The notes beneath the pieces were generated by a model, which saw nothing but the letters and a program-made list of their open reading frames with translations, was not told where the DNA came from and did not search any database. This document shows positions 1-9,448 of a DNA stretch of 29,513 nucleotides, in pieces; position 1 is the stretch's first letter; each line of letters opens with the position of its first letter. This stretch comes from a virus (lineage: Duplodnaviria > Heunggongvirae > Uroviricota > Caudoviricetes). The position numbers were made by a program, and so were the translations under genes. Location of the stretch: the IMG/VR virus record IMGVR_UViG_2563366805_000003; one strand, 5' to 3'.

Positions 1-103
1 CTGGCGCAGTAAACAGCAAAATCAGCAGACGTCTTCTGAACGTGAACTGGAGATGTCTACCGAGGCATTGCGGCGGACGGCCAGAAGAACGGAACGCCAA
101 TAG
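1..103 (+). mobile_element. IS3-family orfA 3' fragment; first 64 nt identical to the IS3 copy at 1741-1804, then diverged
   Basis: Positions 1-64 match 1741-1804 base for base. After a 2-nt difference the frame continues as ...STEALRRTARRTERQ and stops at TAG 101-103, versus ...[18 protein letters not shown] in the intact IS3 OrfA. No orfB follows. Confidence 0.6.
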
Positions 104-113
104 CTGGAGCACC

Positions 114-139
114 TTCTCCCAAACCAACGTTTATGAAAA
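114..139. promoter_or_regulatory. putative invertase crossover site (hix/gix-like 26-bp site)
   Basis: TTCTCCCAAACCAACGTTTATGAAAA has imperfect dyad half-sites around a central AA and matches the recalled hixL sequence at about 20 of 26 positions. It lies 55 bp upstream of the invertase start, the usual place for the invertase-proximal site. This region is also weakly similar to IS3 orfA, so the call is tentative. Confidence 0.4.
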
Positions 140-193
140 TGCAGAAATAACGAGCAAATGGCATCATTCCTGCTTTTGTCAGGGAGATCCACC

Positions 194-748
194 ATGCTTA
201 TTGGCTATGTACGCGTATCAACAAATGACCAGAACACCGATCTACAACGTAATGCGTTGAACTGTGTAGGATGTGAACTGATTTTTGAAGACAAGATAAG
301 CGGTACGAAGTCCGAAAGGCCCGGACTGAAAAAACTGCTCAGGACATTATCGGCAGGTGACACTCTGGTTGTCTGGAAGCTGGACAGGTTAGGGCGCAGT
401 ATGCGGCATCTTGTTACGCTGATAGAAGAGTTGCGCCAGCGTGGCGTGAATTTCCGAAGCCTGACTGACAGTATTGATACCAGTACCCCAATGGGCCGTT
501 TCTTTTTTCATGTCATGGGTGCCCTGGCTGAAATGGAACGAGAACTGATTGTTGAACGAACAAAAGCTGGACTGGAAGCTGCTCGCGCACAGGGACGAAT
601 TGGTGGACGTCGTCCCAAACTTACACCAGAACAATGGGCGCAGGCCGGGCGATTAATTGCATCAGGCGTTCCTCGCCAGAAGGTGGCGATCATCTATGAT
701 GTTGGTATATCGACACTGTATAAGAAGTTTCCGGTCGGAGATAAATGA
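194..748 (+). CDS. pin: serine recombinase, Hin/Gin/Pin-type DNA invertase
   Basis: MLIGYVRVSTNDQNTDLQ... with the catalytic Ser motif, GRFFFHVMGALAEMERELI, and a C-terminal HTH (GRIGGRRPKLT...STLYKK), typical of Pin/Gin/Hin. Start taken at the internal ATG at 194 rather than the ORF-track start at 158. Confidence 0.9.
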   Translation: MLIGYVRVSTNDQNTDLQRNALNCVGCELIFEDKISGTKSERPGLKKLLRTLSAGDTLVVWKLDRLGRSMRHLVTLIEELRQRGVNFRSLTDSIDTSTPMGRFFFHVMGALAEMERELIVERTKAGLEAARAQGRIGGRRPKLTPEQWAQAGRLIASGVPRQKVAIIYDVGISTLYKKFPVGDK

Positions 749-789
749 AACCGTAGCACGTCGTATGCAAGAAGATCGTGCTGCGGTTT
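731..789. repeat. imperfect direct repeat containing a stem-loop, copy A; overlaps the pin stop and may act as its terminator
   Basis: CCGTAGCACG...CGTGCTGCGG forms a 10-bp stem (one wobble pair) followed by TTTATGCTTAT. A similar copy lies at 3017-3068. Confidence 0.4.
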
Positions 790-808
790 ATGCTTATCAC
801 TTAAAGAC

Positions 809-1537
<729 letters not shown>

Positions 1538-1597
1538 TTACCCAGCAATAGTGGACACGCGGCTAAGTGAGTAAACTCTCAGTCAGAGGTGACTCAC

Positions 1598-1897
1598 ATG
1601 ACAAAAACAGTATCAACCAGTAAAAAACCCCGTAAACAGCATTCGCCTGAATTTCGCAGTGAAGCCCTGAAGCTTGCTGAACGCATCGGTGTTACTGCCG
1701 CAGCCCGTGAACTCAGCCTGTATGAATCACAGCTCTACAACTGGCGCAGTAAACAGCAAAATCAGCAGACGTCTTCTGAACGTGAACTGGAGATGTCTAC
1801 CGAGATTGCACGTCTCAAACGCCAGCTGGCAGAACGGGATGAAGAGCTGGCTATCCTCCAAAAGGCCGCGACATACTTCGCGAAGCGCCTGAAATGA
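1598..1897 (+). CDS. insE: IS3 OrfA (transposase N-terminal HTH/leucine-zipper protein)
   Basis: [40 protein letters not shown]... matches the recalled IS3 InsE sequence. The ORF-track start at 1589 is GTG; the ATG at 1598 is used here. Confidence 0.85.
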   Translation: MTKTVSTSKKPRKQHSPEFRSEALKLAERIGVTAAARELSLYESQLYNWRSKQQNQQTSSERELEMSTEIARLKRQLAERDEELAILQKAATYFAKRLK

Positions 1898-2760
1898 AGT
1901 ATGTCTTTATTGAAAAACATCAGGCTGAGTTCAGCATCAAAGCAATGTGCCGCGTGCTCCGGGTGGCCCGCAGCGGCTGGTATACGTGGTGTCAGCGGCG
2001 GACAAGGATAAGCACGCGTCAGCAGTTCCGCCAACACTGCGACAGCGTTGTCCTCGCGGCTTTTACCCGGTCAAGACAGCGTTACGGTGCCCCACGCCTG
2101 ACGGATGAACTGCGTGCTCAGGGTTACCCCTTTAACGTAAAAACCGTGGCGGCAAGCCTGCGCCGTCAGGGACTGAGGGCAAAGGCCTCCCGGAAGTTCA
2201 GCCCGGTCAGCTACCGCGCACACGGCCTGCCTGTGTCAGAAAATCTGTTGGAGCAGGATTTTTACGCCAGTGGCCCGAACCAGAAGTGGGCAGGAGACAT
2301 CACGTACTTACGTACAGATGAAGGCTGGCTGTATCTGGCAGTGGTCATTGACCTGTGGTCACGTGCCGTTATTGGCTGGTCAATGTCGCCACGCATGACG
2401 GCGCAACTGGCCTGCGATGCCCTGCAGATGGCGCTGTGGCGGCGTAAGAGGCCCCGGAACGTTATCGTTCACACGGACCGTGGAGGCCAGTACTGTTCAG
2501 CAGATTATCAGGCGCAACTGAAGCGGCATAATCTGCGTGGAAGTATGAGCGCAAAAGGTTGCTGCTACGATAATGCCTGCGTGGAAAGCTTCTTTCATTC
2601 GCTGAAAGTGGAATGTATCCATGGAGAACACTTTATCAGCCGGGAAATAATGCGGGCAACGGTGTTTAATTATATCGAATGTGATTACAATCGGTGGCGG
2701 CGGCACAGTTGGTGTGGCGGCCTCAGTCCGGAACAATTTGAAAACAAGAACCTCGCTTAG
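1894..2760 (+). CDS. insF: IS3 OrfB transposase catalytic (DDE) domain; expressed as an OrfAB fusion by -1 frameshift in IS3-family elements
   Basis: [32 protein letters not shown]... with DDE integrase-fold motifs ([27 protein letters not shown]). The ATG overlaps the orfA stop (ATGA). Confidence 0.9.
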   Translation: MKYVFIEKHQAEFSIKAMCRVLRVARSGWYTWCQRRTRISTRQQFRQHCDSVVLAAFTRSRQRYGAPRLTDELRAQGYPFNVKTVAASLRRQGLRAKASRKFSPVSYRAHGLPVSENLLEQDFYASGPNQKWAGDITYLRTDEGWLYLAVVIDLWSRAVIGWSMSPRMTAQLACDALQMALWRRKRPRNVIVHTDRGGQYCSADYQAQLKRHNLRGSMSAKGCCYDNACVESFFHSLKVECIHGEHFISREIMRATVFNYIECDYNRWRRHSWCGGLSPEQFENKNLA

Positions 2761-3016
2761 GCCTGTGTCCATATTACGTGGGTAGGATCAACATACCAGC
2801 CAAGGTGTTCATTACTCCAGAAGGAAACTCAGTAATATCCATTTTGCAATATCTATGAATTATTTGTGAGACGTATATTAATGAACATTGCAAGGGCTCA
2901 CAACTAGTAGTGTTGAGAAATCCATCGGGAAAATGAGGCTAACCCTTTGAATTTACATAGCGCAAAAAGATACCTTTCCTCATAATGTGAGCTAATTTTA
3001 TGTTTCGTTTGATGAT

Positions 3017-3068
3017 CGGGTCGGTCTCGAAACCCGTAGCCACGTCATATGCAAGAACGTGCTACGAC
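3017..3068. repeat. imperfect direct repeat containing a stem-loop, copy B
   Basis: CGGGTCGGTCTCGAAACCCGTAGCCACGTCATATGCAAGAACGTGCTACGAC resembles 731-789. Stem CCGTAGCCACG / CGTGCTACG. Confidence 0.4.
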
Positions 3069-3346
3069 TGGCTGGTGAACTTCCGATAGTGCGAGTATTG
3101 AATGATTTCCAACTGTTATCGATTTTGCGTATTTTTTGCATGAGAGGATTTTTACCTCCTCCCACCGATCCTCCATGGCTTTACGCCAGTGTCTCTGGTC
3201 TGCTATGTGCCAAAAGTAGACATTGCTGACATAAAATATATGATTTGACCAACTACAACCGAAGAATAGTCCAATACATCTTGGGTCTACATCCAACTAG
3301 TTATAGAATCCCGAGTATACATGTTAGTTTTGGACATTCTAATCAC

Positions 3347-3766
3347 ATGAAATATTGCTACCTGATAATTTTAAGCTTGACTATTTCTTCTGCTCAGGCT
3401 GAGACATTTCCCGCCAAGCTAACCTGTAATACGGGTGAACAAATTACTCTTAAAGTTACTGGTCCAGAGCAGCGACTGATCTACACTTCTTCACTCTATG
3501 GAACATTCCATGGATATCTCGATGTATTTAAAGGGTTATCACCTGAGCGTCAATATGAGGTACTTGCCAATATTCATGGAATAGCTCGATATAGGGACAG
3601 CCCGTTACATTTTACTCTCCTAATGAAACGAACCAATGGTGAGATGGATAATGGCTCAATTATCTATCGATATACCTACCTGAAAGACGAGCAACTGATT
3701 GATGAAGAAGGACATTGCAGTCCGATAAAAGATGGCGGATTTATTGAGGGGAGCAAAAGTTACTAA
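3347..3766 (+). CDS. hypothetical secreted protein with N-terminal signal peptide
   Basis: MKYCYLIILSLTISSAQA-ETF is a classic Sec signal with an AQA cleavage motif. Strongly AT-rich. Start at the internal Met of ORF 3245-3766. Confidence 0.55.
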   Translation: MKYCYLIILSLTISSAQAETFPAKLTCNTGEQITLKVTGPEQRLIYTSSLYGTFHGYLDVFKGLSPERQYEVLANIHGIARYRDSPLHFTLLMKRTNGEMDNGSIIYRYTYLKDEQLIDEEGHCSPIKDGGFIEGSKSY

Positions 3767-4081
3767 GGCCAAGCGTATAGTTATCGGTATGCTTACCGTT
3801 TGCAGACCCCACGGCGCTCAGGCAGCCCGCTCCGTGCCAATAGCAGGCATTACTATGGTCTGTTCCGTAACAGTCATTTTTACCAAAGTATATGGTTAGA
3901 ACTATGCCGAAAATGCCCTCATACCATAATTAGAACTAACAATTAATTTTTTAAATTAAAATAGTTTAAAGAGTCATTTTTAATCACTTATTTATCGTGC
4001 TTATAGCTCGAAAGATACACCTTATCATCATCCCCTGTTACAATGTAGGGAGTAGGTCAATAAGATTAGAAGGAGATTTAA

Positions 4082-5548
4082 GTGAAAAAAATCAGTGACG
4101 AACAAATTAATATCGAGGCTCAATCAGGATATAGACCATGGACTATAGATTCTGGTATCGGATTGCTTCCCTTTTCAGAATTAGGTGATCGAGAATTTGA
4201 GTTGCTATGTTATTTGTTAGTAAAGAACGAAATTGAAGATGGAAAGCATAAAAATATATCCTCAATATCTTTAATGCAAGGAGTTTCTGAAAGAGGACGC
4301 GACTGCGTGCTATACCATAACGGTGTTGTAAGTGGTTTAATACAATGTAAAAAAATGCAAGGTAGAATAACTAGACCGCAAGCATTAAGAGAAATAATTA
4401 AATTTTTATTGTTTTCCATTATTGATAATAGTTTGCTTCCCGCTCCTGATTGTTTCGAATATAAGTTGTATGTATCAAATGACATCGCTGAAACTACAAA
4501 CTCACTAATTCATTCTTACTCAACCGAAGTTGAGGTGGAAATAAAGTCTGATACTATCAGTAAGTATATAAAAGATGTTGTATCTGAATACGAGTCATTC
4601 AAAATTTTTGAAAACAGCCTACCAATTAGTAAAGTTATTGATCTTTTGAGACGGATAAATGTAACCGCATCAAATGCAACAGATTTAACCTTGCGAGTTC
4701 ATAAGTATGATTCATTGTTATCATTGTTTTTTAATGTAAAAACTGTAATCGACTTAGAATCTGCAGATAAAGTTATACGTAACGCGCTTGATGACTATGG
4801 TTTAAAATACTTGACCGATGAAGACTTAAAACAACTTCAAATTCGCATTTCAAATACTAAAGAAGAAAATCGAATAAATTTAGGTTTTGTGGATTTCTTT
4901 GGTTATAACAAAGAGTTTTTTAAATCCTTGAAAGGCGAGCCATTTAAACAAGTGATAGAAGCGGTTGCGTCGGTAACATTATCATTAGATAAGTATTTAA
5001 TGGAATTCATAAATAGTAAAATCAATGAGCTAGTTTTTGAAAACGTCACAATAAAATTATTAAATCCAGGGAGGATTCACCCTTTCAGTGTGGGCGTGGT
5101 GGCACCTTACCTATTTCAGAGACTGTCCATTAAAGTCGTCTCAAGAAAGTTGCCAACAGAGTTAGTCACCAAATTTTATGAACAAGCATCTCTGTCCAAA
5201 AAGGAATTAATCGACTCGATAGCAATACAGCTCTTTGAAACAAGCGAAAGAGTTATGAAAGGAGATTTCAGTCAGTTAGTGGGAAATCCAGAAGACATAC
5301 AGTTTAAAAAGAGAATATTCACTCATATACATAATGGATTCAACAGTATAGAAGATGCAAAAACTACTTTTTCTCGAGACATCCAGATTATAATGCCAAC
5401 ATTAGATTTTATAGAAGAAAAAATAGGTGAGCTATTACAAGAAGAGCGTACTGTGGTAATAAAAGACGCCTCTTTTTTGGATAATGATGATGAGATTAAG
5501 AAAATAGCAAAAACGCTGAGTATGATCGAACCCAATCCAGGCGCATAG
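4082..5548 (+). CDS. hypothetical protein, N-terminal Mrr-like (PD-(D/E)xK) restriction-endonuclease catalytic motif plus about 380-aa C-terminal region of unknown function
   Basis: 488-aa ORF with GTG start and AGGAGA RBS 5-10 nt upstream. Residues about 70-95 read ERGRDCVLYHNGVVSGLIQCKK, matching the D...(Q/E)xK pattern of Mrr-type nucleases. Very AT-rich compared with its neighbours. Confidence 0.7.
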   Translation: MKKISDEQINIEAQSGYRPWTIDSGIGLLPFSELGDREFELLCYLLVKNEIEDGKHKNISSISLMQGVSERGRDCVLYHNGVVSGLIQCKKMQGRITRPQALREIIKFLLFSIIDNSLLPAPDCFEYKLYVSNDIAETTNSLIHSYSTEVEVEIKSDTISKYIKDVVSEYESFKIFENSLPISKVIDLLRRINVTASNATDLTLRVHKYDSLLSLFFNVKTVIDLESADKVIRNALDDYGLKYLTDEDLKQLQIRISNTKEENRINLGFVDFFGYNKEFFKSLKGEPFKQVIEAVASVTLSLDKYLMEFINSKINELVFENVTIKLLNPGRIHPFSVGVVAPYLFQRLSIKVVSRKLPTELVTKFYEQASLSKKELIDSIAIQLFETSERVMKGDFSQLVGNPEDIQFKKRIFTHIHNGFNSIEDAKTTFSRDIQIIMPTLDFIEEKIGELLQEERTVVIKDASFLDNDDEIKKIAKTLSMIEPNPGA

Positions 5549-5941
5549 AATAACTGTAGTTTTGGTATTTTTATTTTTAGTAGCTGTGTTAGTGTAATTG
5601 CACTAACACACTCCTTGAGCTGCTCCCCGTTGCTTAGGACACTTCAATGTTAGTCATGAAGTAGTGAACTTCCGCTCATCGCTCATAACAGACATAAACT
5701 TCAGTTATGGCATAAAGGTATGCATGCTGGGTGGGGAAAGTATGAAGGAAAAGAAGACTGCTGCGCCGTTTGTCGTCACGTTTATCTTCATTGGCTATGC
5801 AAGTCGTAATACAAGGTGGGACAAAACTGAGACACATAAGGCCTCGCAATGGCTTGCAAGGCTTTACATGTTTTGATGTGGTGGGACGTGTGAGCGCAGT
5901 GTTGATGGGGTAATGCTTTGAATTAGAAGTGGATTCTTATA

Positions 5942-5987
5942 ATTCGTAATGCGAAGGTCGTAGGTTCGACTCCTATTATCGGCACCA
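5942..5987 (+). tRNA. tRNA-Thr 3' fragment (46 nt, anticodon loop to CCA); att-site remnant, not an intact tRNA
   Basis: ATTCGTAATGCGAAGGTCGTAGGTTCGACTCCTATTATCGGCACCA matches the recalled 3' part of enterobacterial tRNA-Thr(CGU) (thrW type). The preceding 30 nt do not form the acceptor or D arm. Confidence 0.75.
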
Positions 5988-6004
5988 TTCAAACATCTCC
6001 CCAA

Positions 6005-6088
6005 GTCTACTAAAGTCTTTCAAAACCCCTTATAATCCGCGTATTAAAGCCCCGTTCGTCTTTTGACGTCTACTAAAGTCCCTCAAAA
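6005..6088. repeat. two direct repeats GTCTACTAAAGTC(Y)(Y)TCAAAA upstream of int; possible integrase arm-type sites
   Basis: Copies at 6005-6025 and 6068-6088, between the tRNA fragment and the int start. Confidence 0.35.
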
Positions 6089-6152
6089 TCTACGGTCAGA
6101 TGGGGGTACTTATGGGGGTATTTGCTGTTCGGTTTAGTGGAGGTACCCCCAA

Positions 6153-7367
6153 GTGAAACTCAATGCCCGTCAAATAGACACAGCCAAGCCAAAAGAGAAG
6201 GCTTACAAGCTGGCCGATGGTGGCGGTTTGTATCTCTTGGTAAAACCTAATGGAGGTAAATACTGGCGACTTAAATATCGTGTAGCTGGTAAAGAGAAGC
6301 TATTGGCACTAGGTGTGTATCCTGAGGTTACTCTAGCCGATGCTCGGGCAAAACGTGAAGATGCGAAAAGAGGTATCGCTGGTGGTATCGATCCGATGGA
6401 AGCGAAACGAGAGGAAAAGATTGCCCGGGAAACGCAGTTAAACAACACCTTCAAAGATATTGCCCTTGAGTGGCACAGCAGCAAATTAAAAAAATGGTCT
6501 GCTGGTTATGCTTCAGACATCCTCGAAGCCTTCAACAAAGATGTGTTCCCTTACATTGGCAAAAAACCAATCGCCGAAATCAAACCACTTGAACTTCTGA
6601 ATGTGCTGCGGCGCATCGAGGGGCGCGGTGCTACAGAAAAAGCCAAAAAAGTGAGGCAGCGGTGCGGGGAAGTTTTCCGCTATGCAATAGTCACTGGTCG
6701 CGCAGAGTATAACCCTGCACCAGACCTTACTAGCGCGATGCAAGGCCATGAATCTAATCATTACCCTTTCCTTACAGCCAAAGAATTACCTGATTTTTTC
6801 AAGGCATTGTCCAGTTACTCAGGAAGCGCATTGGTTGTTATGGCGGCTCGTCTACTGATTATCACCGGCTTGCGAACTGGCGAACTACGTGGCGCATTAT
6901 GGGATGAAATTGATTTCAACAAGGCTATATGGGAGATACCCGCTTCACGTATGAAAATGCGGCGGCCTCATATTGTGCCATTGTCTGAGCAGGCTCTTTC
7001 GCTTATTGGGAAGATTAGAGAAATAACAGGCAATTACCCTCTTATGTTTCCCGGGCGCAATGATCCAAGGAAAACAATGAGTGAGGCCAGCATAAACCAA
7101 GTGTTTAAGCGCATTGGCTACGCTGGACGTGTAACTGGTCATGGGTTCCGACACACTATGAGCACGATTTTGCATGAGCAGGGCTATAACACCGCGTGGA
7201 TAGAAACGCAGCTCGCTCACGTTGATAAGAACTCAATTCGTGGCACATACAACCATGCGCAATATCTGGATGGAAGGCGGGAGATGCTTCAATGGTATGC
7301 CGACTATATGGATTCTCTCGAGCATGGCGGAAATGTGGTGCATATGGTGTTTGAAAAACACGCATGA
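6153..7367 (+). CDS. int: tyrosine site-specific integrase, P4-like family
   Basis: GTG start with GGAGGT RBS. The N-terminus MKLNARQIDTAKPKEKAYKLADGGGLYLLVKPNGGKYWRLKYR is typical of P4-type integrases. C-terminal catalytic region contains HGFRHT and AHVDKN...RGTYNHAQY. Confidence 0.9.
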   Translation: MKLNARQIDTAKPKEKAYKLADGGGLYLLVKPNGGKYWRLKYRVAGKEKLLALGVYPEVTLADARAKREDAKRGIAGGIDPMEAKREEKIARETQLNNTFKDIALEWHSSKLKKWSAGYASDILEAFNKDVFPYIGKKPIAEIKPLELLNVLRRIEGRGATEKAKKVRQRCGEVFRYAIVTGRAEYNPAPDLTSAMQGHESNHYPFLTAKELPDFFKALSSYSGSALVVMAARLLIITGLRTGELRGALWDEIDFNKAIWEIPASRMKMRRPHIVPLSEQALSLIGKIREITGNYPLMFPGRNDPRKTMSEASINQVFKRIGYAGRVTGHGFRHTMSTILHEQGYNTAWIETQLAHVDKNSIRGTYNHAQYLDGRREMLQWYADYMDSLEHGGNVVHMVFEKHA

Positions 7368-7510
7368 AACAACTGGACAAGTATACAGAGGTTTACTAAA
7401 GTATAGGGGAGTAGATTGATAAAAACTCACAGAGGATTGCTATTTAACAGTTAGCCCTGGAGAAGGGCAATCGCTCTTTTACAAACGAAGGTGTATTGAG
7501 CCTTCTACGT

Positions 7511-7573
7511 CGCTGACAAAGCGGAATGTTCTTTAACAGGCTTTGGCGCTGACAAAGCGCAATTGTTCTTTAA
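7511..7573. promoter_or_regulatory. tandem direct repeats CGCTGACAAAGCG(G/C)AAT(T)GTTCTTTAA upstream of the alpA-like gene; candidate operator
   Basis: Two copies, 7511-7536 and 7547-7573. A 14-bp-stem hairpin follows at 7676-7708 (AAGACCGCAATATG ttttt CATATTGTGGTCTT). Confidence 0.35.
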
Positions 7574-7795
7574 AACTACTGGATGTCACGCCTAATAGCG
7601 TGATCCTGCCGAAATGCAGGGTAGCTCTACCCTTGTGGAGCAAACAAACCAAAACAATCTGACTATCTTTTATAAAAGACCGCAATATGTTTTTCATATT
7701 GTGGTCTTTGGCGTATTCGACATTTGACGCAAATAAAACTCTCGCCATTCGTTGCAGGAGGGGGTTATTGCGTCATTAGTACAGGATATTAATAA

Positions 7796-7999
7796 ATGGC
7801 TAATTACAATTCATTAATTCGTCTCTCTGAAGTTCAAAGGCGAACTGGTTATAGCAAAGCATGGATTTATCGTCTTATTAGTCAGGGGAGGTTCCCTAAA
7901 CAGGTAAAAATTGGAAGTCGGGCAATTGCTTTTGTTGAGTCTGAAATAGATGAATGGATTGAGAAGTGTATATTAGAATCTAGAGACGAGGTGGCCTGA
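7796..7999 (+). CDS. alpA: AlpA-family (prophage CP4-57 regulatory / Vis-like) DNA-binding protein
   Basis: 67 aa. LSEVQRRTGYSKAWIYRLISQGRFPKQVKIGSRAIAFVESEIDEWI is the characteristic AlpA HTH signature. Sits directly downstream of int. Confidence 0.75.
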   Translation: MANYNSLIRLSEVQRRTGYSKAWIYRLISQGRFPKQVKIGSRAIAFVESEIDEWIEKCILESRDEVA

Positions 8000-8430
8000 T
8001 GGAAAAGAAAAACCGCCCATTACAGGCGGCTAATTCAGATATTCGTGTATCTGATGTTACGCCCCTTACAAAATCCCCTCAAGCACCAAAGCGCACACCG
8101 AAAAAGCATCGTGCCAGAGTCTATATGCTGCGTACTGGTATAGAGGGATGGACAGAAAATGACATTCTTCGCTACTGCCGTCTGTCTTCTGGTCGTAACT
8201 ATGCAACAGAGTTAGAACGCCAGCTTGGAATCACTCTGGAGCGTATCGACGAAAAGAATCCTGATGGTATCGGAACACACCTTCGCTACCGTTTCTCCTG
8301 CCGTGGTGATGTTCTGAAAGTGATCACTCATATTAACCATCTTGCGAACATAAATGATCACAACGGACTTTCTCAGCAGGAAATTGCCGACATTCTGAAA
8401 CTCTACCCGGACGCGTTTAACGCCGCCTAA
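7999..8430 (+). CDS. hypothetical protein
   Basis: 143-aa ORF whose ATG overlaps the alpA stop (translational coupling). Confidence 0.55.
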   Translation: MEKKNRPLQAANSDIRVSDVTPLTKSPQAPKRTPKKHRARVYMLRTGIEGWTENDILRYCRLSSGRNYATELERQLGITLERIDEKNPDGIGTHLRYRFSCRGDVLKVITHINHLANINDHNGLSQQEIADILKLYPDAFNAA

Positions 8431-8442
8431 CGGAGACTGAAA

Positions 8443-9276
8443 ATGAACATCGAAAAAAGCAGATTAATTTCTGAGGCCGCCCCTCATCTGAACGCCTCTC
8501 TGGGCACAATTAACGGTAATGAATTTGCCGCAATTGTCCCGGTTATTCCTGGTCATATCGGTGGGCGTGAAACCAATATTGTTAGCGCAAAAGCGTTACA
8601 CAAAGCGTTGGGCGTGGGAAAAGACTTCTCTACATGGATCACTGATCGCATCTCTGAATATGACTTCACCATTGGGCACGATTACTCAGTCCATAAAACA
8701 ATTTCCCCAAATTTGGGGAAAAGCCCGAATGGCGCGGCTTACAGCAAGATAAAGCACTCTGGCAGACCCGGCAAAGACTATCTGTTAAGTGTCGGAATGG
8801 CGAAAGAACTGGCAATGATCGAACGCAATGATCAGGGTCGCGCTATCCGCCGTTATTTCATCCAGTGCGAGGAAGAATTACAGCGTAGCGTGCCTGAAAT
8901 CGCCGCCCGCTATCGTCGCCAGCTAAAAGCCCGTATTAGTGCCGCAAACAACTTTAAGCCAATGTGCGATGCGCTGAATATGGCCCGTGCCGAGATGGGG
9001 AAAACGACGCAGCAACACCACTACACAAACGAGAGCAATATGATTTCTCGTATCGTTCTTGGTGGGCTAACTGCTAAGCAGTGGGCGCGGATAAATGGCT
9101 ATTCTGGCGAACCTCGCGACCATATGAACGCAGAACAGCTTGAGCACCTCTCATATCTCGAAAGCACCAATATCACGTTAATTGATATGGGCATGGAATA
9201 TGAGCAGCGCAAAGGAGAACTCACCCGCCTGTCGCAACGCTGGCTCGCCAAGCGTCTGGAGGCGCTCAATGTCTAA
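8443..9276 (+). CDS. phage antirepressor-like protein (AntA/AntB-type N-terminal domain)
   Basis: 277 aa. N-terminal NIVSAKALHKALGVGKDFSTWITDRISEYDFTIGHDY and central DYLLSVGMAKELAMIERNDQGRAIRRYFIQCEE resemble AntA-type domains, from recalled motifs only. Confidence 0.5.
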   Translation: MNIEKSRLISEAAPHLNASLGTINGNEFAAIVPVIPGHIGGRETNIVSAKALHKALGVGKDFSTWITDRISEYDFTIGHDYSVHKTISPNLGKSPNGAAYSKIKHSGRPGKDYLLSVGMAKELAMIERNDQGRAIRRYFIQCEEELQRSVPEIAARYRRQLKARISAANNFKPMCDALNMARAEMGKTTQQHHYTNESNMISRIVLGGLTAKQWARINGYSGEPRDHMNAEQLEHLSYLESTNITLIDMGMEYEQRKGELTRLSQRWLAKRLEALNV

Positions 9277-9448
9277 GCCAACAGGAATACCACAACCACA
9301 AAAACGCTACAAAGATGCCCACGGAGCACTCGTTACTGTCGAAAGCGTGTCTCACAACCGAGTGACGTTTTATCGCGACGGGTATCAATCGCCATGCGTA
9401 CAACCGCTGGCGCGTTTCATGAAGGAGTTCGCGGAGGTTAACCAATGA
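9269..9448 (+). CDS. hypothetical small protein
   Basis: [59 protein letters not shown]. Start overlaps the stop of the preceding gene. Confidence 0.45.
   Translation: MSKPTGIPQPQKRYKDAHGALVTVESVSHNRVTFYRDGYQSPCVQPLARFMKEFAEVNQ

Noticed and set aside
42-748. ORF-track entries overlapping pin and IS3 genes on other frames or strands (for example 42-260, 389-634, 508-693, 1674-1892, 1762-2037, 2497-2772)
   Set aside because: They are shadow ORFs inside well-supported genes (pin, IS3 orfA/orfB) and have no independent support.
5586-5609. Perfect 9-bp-stem hairpin (GTGTTAGTG taattg CACTAACAC) as terminator of the Mrr-like gene
   Set aside because: The T-run precedes rather than follows the stem on the plus strand, so it is not a canonical intrinsic terminator in either orientation. 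Left unassigned.
5664-5876. 70-aa ORF between the Mrr-like gene and the tRNA fragment
   Set aside because: No RBS, odd composition, and it lies in an att-proximal spacer; likely spurious.
5881-5987. A complete tRNA gene ending at 5987
   Set aside because: Only the 3' 46 nt match tRNA-Thr. The preceding sequence cannot form the acceptor stem or D arm, so it is treated as an att-site fragment.
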